Shown in pieces: positions 53,938-64,000 of a stretch of 64,000 nt of DNA. The first letter of the stretch is position 1. Each line of letters opens with the position of its first letter. The notes beneath the pieces were generated by a model, which was given only the letters and a program-made list of their open reading frames with translations, searched no databases and was not told the DNA's origin. The stretch lies in assembly GCF_009914755.1 (NCBI RefSeq), contig NC_060932.1; one strand, written 5' to 3'. The translations under genes were made by a program, and so were the position numbers. This DNA is from the human T2T-CHM13v2.0 reference genome, Homo sapiens.

Positions 53938-56394
53938 TGATGGCAGCAGCAGGCCATCCAGAGTGGCTGCTGCCATCACACCAGCTGCAGCGAGAGGCGC
54001 AAGCGGTGGTGGCAGGAGCTGCTGCAGGACCAGCAGTGGTGGCAGTGGGATGCGCCACCCCCACCCTTGTGCAGCCAGGCAAGACCTTCCCCTAGGCCTG
54101 GAGCCTCCACTGCCCGGACCCTGGCCCCGCATCACTACAATGGCCCACCACTGCTGCAGGGAGGGCCTGGGAAGGAGGCAGACAGTCACTGGAGTCTTCC
54201 ACTGGAAGACCCCTGGAGCTCACCATCCTGGGGGCTGCTGCAATGGAGCCAGGCCAAGTTACCCGCCGATGGGGGAGCAGCATGGTTGGGCAAGATGGGG
54301 TGGGCCGAGAGGGGCCCCAAGGTGGAGCTGGGCCTGGGGTGGTGCCAGGCTTGAACACAGAGCAGGAAATGGGAGCATTGCCTGCTTCAGAGACCGGACT
54401 AGCAGCATAGCCACCACACCCATGCCACCAAGGGTGTTACATTCCTGCACCTCAGGAGAAGGCTCATTGTGGAGCTGCCTGGGGCTGTGTCCCCAGGGTC
54501 CACACCACATCAAGGTGACCACCAAGCCTGATGCCCCCAAAGTCCAGGCCTGGGGCCCATGATCTGCTCCTGGAAGCAAACCCCTGGGCAGGGCCACAAT
54601 CCAGACAATGGGGAGACCCAGGCTGCCCCTGAGTGCCAGGGCCATGGGAAGAACTTGCAGCAATGTCACCCCTCTCCTGGATGCTGGCCCAGGCCCAGCA
54701 AGGACCTGTAGCTCCTGCCCCAGGCTGCAAGGAGGCTTGGCAGGGACTGCATGCTTCACAGAGTCCCAGGAGCCAGGGACAAGTGACCCTCCTGGGTTGG
54801 TGTGGCAGGAGATCTTTGGACGCAGTTGCAGCCTCCCTGCTGTGGCTGCAGACCAGGCATCTCTGCACTCTCGGGGGCCCAGGAATGTCTCCCTACCCCA
54901 CTGAGAGCTCAAAGGTGCCTGCTCCCGCTGCCTGGCTTCTCCCCACTCTCAGTGCCTGCTCCAATCTCAGAGCAAGGTTAGAGCCAAGCCTGGGCACTGT
55001 CACAGTCCAGCTGGGGGTGCACATGCTTGGGGCAGTGCTGACATGGTAGCCTCCTGCCACCTCAGCCCCCTCTGGACTTTGGGTGCTGACCAGCATGGAA
55101 AGGAGGTCAGGGGGTGAGGGGATGAGAACAGCCTGGCACTGGCCTGCAGGTCCCCCTTTGAGATGAACAGTCTGGGCACCATGAATGGTAGCAGGAGGCA
55201 GACAGGTTCCTGGGAAGAAGGGGGTGGGTCCCTGGTGAAGCCCCACCTTCAAACTGGGGATGGCCTGAAGCCTGGAGACCAGGCCTCTGGTCCCTCAGAC
55301 CACAGGGGGAACTTGTGGTATTTTCCCCTGGGCCTTCCAATGGCCGCCCATGGTCCAATCAGCAGGCACTTGCTTCTCTCTGAGACCCATTAAAAAACCC
55401 TGACTCAGTCAGACTGGAAGAAAGGATAGAGAAATAATTGGGAGATGAAGAGACGACCTGCCTGCAGAGAGGAGCAACCCACTCCAGGGCCTCTTCACTG
55501 CTGAGAGCTGCAGACAATGGGATGATCAGAAAGGGTTATCTATGGGATGGTCTACCAATGGGATGGTAGAAAGGTCTAACAATGTTCTAGCAATGGGATG
55601 GTAGAGAGGAGCTACCCTCTCTGCTGAGAGCTGAACACTTCTTGGGACAACCTGCCTGTGGAAAAGAGCTACCCTCTCTGCTGAAAGCTGAACACTCTTC
55701 AGGACATCCCAGTTGCTGAACGGAGACACCTCCTGTGGGTCTCCTCTGAGCTGTTCTATCACTCAATAAAGCTCCTCTTCATCTTGCTCACCCTCCATTT
55801 GTCTGCATACCTCATTCTTCCTTATTACAGCACAAGAACTTGGGACACACCGAATGGTGAGGCTAAATGAGCTGTAACACAAACAGGGCTGAGACATGCC
55901 CTTTGTTTGTACCATTGCAGGTGAAGAGAAGGAGAGAAGAGTTGCAGCCCTTCAGGAAGCCCAGACCTGGGAGCTCCCCAAAACAGAGCTATGATTTCCT
56001 CTTTGGGGCCCTGCAGTTCTTCACATCTCAAAGCTTCTGGGTGCCACCATATTCCCCTGTGCCAGCTGGGGAAGCAGCTTGCAGTGCACATGGTCCAGCC
56101 ACAACCTAAATGAGCCAGCACCCATGCCAGCACCCAAAGCTGCCCACCCTGCTGCAGCAGCCAGCATGTCTCACTGCACAGTGGCTGGACCCCACACTCA
56201 CTCACACATCCCTCACTACTCCATGCCTGACATGCCCTTTACAGGCCTAGGATCCAGGCCAGTAGCATGAACCAAGCACAGCCTGCCAGGCTGAGTAAGT
56301 GGAACGAGCCCAATTGGCCCAAGCAAAACTCAGGCAAATGCACCACCAGCCACAGAGGTGTCCAGACAAGCAACACCCCAAAGACCACATAACA
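53938..56394 (+). mobile_element. MER52-family (ERV1) solo LTR, 2457 bp
   Basis: TG...CA termini (tgatggcagcagc / ccccaaagaccacataaca); exact 4-bp TSD atgt at 53934 and 56395; CCAAT 55337 and 55355, attaaaaaa 55389, AATAAA 55765; internal agagctaccctctctgctga-type repeats. Confidence 0.85.
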
Positions 56395-56607
56395 ATGTGA
56401 TAGTATTTGGAGGTAGGGCCTTTGGGAAGTTATTAAGTTATGAGGGCAGAGCTCTCATGGATGGGATTAAGAACCTTAGAGAAGAGGTCCCAGAGAGCTT
56501 CCTTGCCTCTTCCACTGTGTGAGGACACAGCAAAAAGAAGATGCCTATGAACCAAAGAATGGGTTCTTACCAGACACAGAATCTACTGGTGCCTTGATAT
56601 CGATTTT

Positions 56608-57506
56608 GGAGCCAAGATGGCCGAATAGGAACAGCTCTGGTCTACAGCTCCCAGCATGAGCGACGCAGAAGACGGTGATTTCTGCATTTCCATCTGAGGT
56701 ACTGGGTTCATCTCACCAGGGAGTGCCAGACAGTGGGCGCAGGTCAGTGGTTGTGCGCACCGTGCTCGAGCCGAAGCAGGGCGAGGCATTGCCTCACTTG
56801 GGAAGCTCAAGGGGTCAGGGAGTTCCCTTTCCTAGTCAAAGAAAGAGGTGACAGACCGCACCTGGAAAATCGGTTCACTCCAACCCGAATACTGCGCTTT
56901 TCCGACAGGCTTCAAAAACGGCGCACCGCGAGATTATATCCCCCACCTGGTTCAGAGGTTCCTACGCCCAGGGAGTCTCGCTGACTGCTAGCACAGCAGT
57001 CTGAGATCAAACTGCAAGGCGGCAGCGAGGCTGGGGGAGGGGCGCCCACCATTGCCCAGGCTTGATTAGGTAAACAAAGCAGCCAGGAATCTCGAATTGG
57101 GTGGAGCCCACCACAGCTCAAGGAGGCCTGCCTGCCTCTGTAGGCTCCACCTCTGGGGGCAGGGCACAGACAAACAAAAAGACAGCAGTAACCTCTGCAG
57201 ACTTAAATGTCCCTGTCTGACAGCTTTGAAGAGAGCAGTGGTACCCCCAGCACGCAGCTGGAGATCTGAGAATGGGCAGACTGCCTCCTCAAGTGGGTCC
57301 CTGACCCCTGACCCCGAGCAGCCTAACTGGGAGGCACCCCCCAGCAGGGGCACACTGACACCTCACATGGCAGGGTACTCCAACGGACCTGCAGCTGAGG
57401 GTCCTGTCTGTTAGAAGGAAAACTAACAAACAGAAAGGACATCCACACCAAAAACCCATCTGTACGTCACCATCATCAAAGACCAAAAGTAGATAAAACC
57501 ACAAAG
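56608..57506 (+). promoter_or_regulatory. L1 5'UTR internal sense promoter plus antisense promoter
   Basis: YY1 motif caagatggcc 56613-56622; CpG-rich first ~500 bp; SOX-type aacaaa sites near 57072 and 57172. Confidence 0.8.
56912..57052 (-). pseudogene. L1 ORF0, prematurely terminated at 46 aa
   Basis: MVGAPPPASLPPCSLISDCCASSQRDSLGVGTSEPGGGYNLAVRRF* matches the primate ORF0 N-terminus; TGA replaces the Leu codon. Confidence 0.85.
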
Positions 57507-58523
57507 ATGTGGAAAAAACAGAACAGAAAAACTGGAAACTCTAAAAAGCAGAGCGCCTCTCCTCCTCCAAAGGAATGCAGTTCCTCACCAGCAATGGAAC
57601 AAAGCTGGATGGAGAATGACTTTGATGAGCTGAGAGAAGAAGGCTTCAGACGATCAAATTACTCTGAGCTACAGGAGGACATTCAAAACAAAGGCAAAGA
57701 AGTTGAAAACTTTGAAAAAAATTTAGAAGAATGTATAACTAGAATAACCAATACAGAGAAGTGCTTAAAGGAGCTGATGGAGCTGAAAACCAAGGCTCGA
57801 GAACTACGTGAAGAATGCAGAAGCCTCAGGAGCCGATGCAATCAACTGGAAGAAAGGGTATCAGCGATAGAAGATGAAATGAATGAAATGAAGGGAGAAG
57901 GGAAGTTTAGAGAAAAAAGAATAAAAAGAAATGAGCAAAGCCTCCAAGAAATATGGGACTATGTGAAAAGACCAAATGTGCGTCTGATTGGTGTACCTGA
58001 AAGTGATGGGGAGAATGGAACCAAGTTGGAAAACACTCTGCAGGATATTATCCAGGAGAACTTCCCCAATCTAGCAAGGCAGGCCAACATTCAGATTCAG
58101 GAAATACAGAGAACGCCACAAAGATACTCCTCGAGAACAGCAACTCCAAGACACATAATTGTCAGATTCACCAAACTTGAAATGAAGGAAAAAATGTTAA
58201 GGGCAGCCAGAGAGAAAGGTCGGGTTACCCACAAAGGGAAGCCCATCAGACTAACAGTGGATCTCTTGGCAGAAACCCTACAAGCCAGAAGAGAGTGGGG
58301 GCCAATATTCAACATTCTTAAAGAAAAGAATTTTCCACCCAGAATTTCATATCCAGCCAAACTAAGCTTCATAAGTGAAGGAGAAATAAAATACTTTACA
58401 GACAAGCAAATGCTGAGAGATTTTGTCACCACCAGGTCTGCCCTAAAAGAGCTCCTGAAGGAAGCGCTAAACATGGAAAGGAACAACCGGTACCAGCCAC
58501 TGCAAAATCATGCCAAAATGTAA
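57507..58523 (+). CDS. L1 ORF1p, intact 338-aa RNA-binding chaperone
   Basis: Full length; REKG, ARR and YPAKLS motifs and S18/S27/T203/T213-Pro sites present; changes vs L1HS include G2W, R211T, Q277P. Confidence 0.95.
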   Translation: MWKKQNRKTGNSKKQSASPPPKECSSSPAMEQSWMENDFDELREEGFRRSNYSELQEDIQNKGKEVENFEKNLEECITRITNTEKCLKELMELKTKARELREECRSLRSRCNQLEERVSAIEDEMNEMKGEGKFREKRIKRNEQSLQEIWDYVKRPNVRLIGVPESDGENGTKLENTLQDIIQENFPNLARQANIQIQEIQRTPQRYSSRTATPRHIIVRFTKLEMKEKMLRAAREKGRVTHKGKPIRLTVDLLAETLQARREWGPIFNILKEKNFPPRISYPAKLSFISEGEIKYFTDKQMLRDFVTTRSALKELLKEALNMERNNRYQPLQNHAKM

Positions 58524-58571
58524 AGACCATCAAGACTAGGAAGAAACTGCATCAACTAATGAGCAAAATAA

Positions 58572-62410
<3,839 letters not shown>

Positions 62411-62797
62411 ACAATGAGATCACATGGACACAGGAAGGGGAATATCACACTCTGGGGACTGTTGTGGGGTGGGGGGAGTGGGGAGGGATAGCAATGGGAG
62501 ATATACCTAATGCTAGATGACGAGTTAGTGGGTGCAGTGCACCAGCATGGCACATGTATACATATGTAACTAACCTGCACAATGTGCACATGTACCCTAA
62601 AACTTAAAGTATAATTAAAAAAAAAAATTCAAAAAATAAAGAAATAAATAAAGTTCCATATCAACTTAAAAAAAAAAAAAGAATCTATTGGTGCCTTGAT
62701 CTTGAACTTCCCAGAGTATAACTGTGAGAAATAAATTTCTATTGTTTATAAGCCACCCAGTCTAAGGTATGTTGTTATAACAGAACAAACTAAAACA

Positions 62798-64000
62798 CAC
62801 CTCCACCCTAAACACTGTCCCGAACTCCAGACTCAGGTATTCAGTTGCCTACTAGCATTTCCCCTTGGATCTCTAAGTGATGACTCAAACTTAACTTGCC
62901 CTAAACTGGACTTTTGATCTTTGCCCCAAACCTGTGCCACTCAAAGTTTTCTTCATCTCAGTTAAATCAACTCCATTCTTCTATACTTAGAATCTTCCTG
63001 GATACCTCCTTTATTTTCATATCCCATATATGACTCATTAGTAAAGCTATTTAGTCTACCTTTTGACAATATCCAGAATCCAATCACTTTTCACCACTGC
63101 AACCACCACTACTCTACTCTAAAGCAAATGCAATCTTTTGCTTGATTTATTGTAATAGCTCCTAACTGACTTTGCTGCTTCCAGTCTTTCTCCTCTGTAA
63201 TCTATTGTCAACTCAGTCGTAGGAGCAAGCTTGTGTGTTCTAAATCCTCTGTATTAGTTTTCCTAGGGCTGCCATTATAAATCACCACAAATTGAGTGGC
63301 TTAAAACAACTGAAATTGATTGTCTCGCAGTTCTAGAGCCTCGAAGTCTGAAATCAAGGTGTCAGCAGGGCCATGCTCTCTCTCAAGGCTCCAGGAGAGG
63401 ATCCTTCCTTGCCTCTTCCTAGATTCCAGCGGCAATCCTGGAATTCCTTGTAATTCCTTGGCTTGCAGCTGCATCACTCCAGTCTCTGCTCCCATCTTCA
63501 CATGGTGTTCCCCTCCCTGTGTGTCTGTGTCCAAATTTCCCTCTTCTTATAAAAACGTCAGTCACAGGATTAGGGCCCAACCTAGTTCAGTATGACTTCA
63601 TCTAAGCTTGATGACATCTTCAAAGGCTCCATTTCCAAATAAGGCCACATTCATAGGTACTAGGCGTTAGGACTTGAACATGTCTTTTCAGGAGACACAA
63701 TTCAACCCTCCACACCTGCCAACGCCTTCCTTACTCAAAGTTACTATAATGACCTCACACGTGTCTCCTCCATGTACTCTATGAATTCATCTCAAAGTGC
63801 TCACAATCTATCTCCATCATACTGGGCATATTCTCTCCTGGGGACACTTGTACCTGCTCTGCTCCTTTTGCCTCATGTCCTCTTTTCCAAGACAATTCTG
63901 CATTCTTCATCTTCATCCTCTTTCAGATCTTCAGTCTCCTTCTCCGCAAACCTCCCTGACCATCCTACTTAAAATTCCTCCACTACCTCCTCATCTGACA
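62798..64000 (+). mobile_element. L2 continuation (from ~53800), interrupted by MLT1C
   Basis: gaactccagactcaggtattcagttgcctact...ctcaaacttaac...atatccagaatccaatcacttttcaccact. Confidence 0.8.
63250..63714 (-). mobile_element. MLT1C MaLR solo LTR
   Basis: tgtattagttttcctagggctgcc...atcaaggtgtcagcagggccatgctc...tttccaaataaggccacattc...caattcaaccctccaca; 465 bp. Confidence 0.9.

Noticed and set aside
53845-56270. Many overlapping 80-217-aa ORFs on both strands
   Set aside because: GC-rich MER52 LTR with few stop codons; no gag/pol/env or other recognisable motif.
62466-62487. G-quadruplex-forming G-tract
   Set aside because: Standard polypurine tract of the L1 3'UTR, not locus-specific.

Overview
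Primate (very probably human or great-ape) AT-rich, repeat-dense intergenic or deep-intronic DNA. I see no host protein-coding exon, RNA gene or CRISPR-like array. Nearly all listed ORFs are L1 remnants or chance frames in Alu/LTR/low-complexity DNA. Main content: (1) a complete LTR12C (ERV9) solo LTR inserted in an AluJ with a 4-bp TSD; (2) an old near-full-length L1PA8/10-like element with an EN-domain deletion; (3) a ~950-bp AT-rich minisatellite with internal inverted units; (4) an L1M element interrupted by an L1MA element that itself carries an Alu fragment; (5) an L2 > MLT1A0 nest holding a 2.46-kb MER52-type solo LTR and a full-length L1PA2-like element. That young L1 has an intact ORF1, an ORF2 truncated after the endonuclease, a 21-bp TSD and short non-L1 extensions at both ends that resemble each other. 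Many MIR, L2, MER5, MLT1/THE1 and Alu copies fill the rest. I did not find convincing evidence of a new biological system; the best leads are retrotransposition-mechanism footprints and candidate regulatory elements. Subfamily calls come from remembered consensus motifs and need RepeatMasker/Dfam confirmation.
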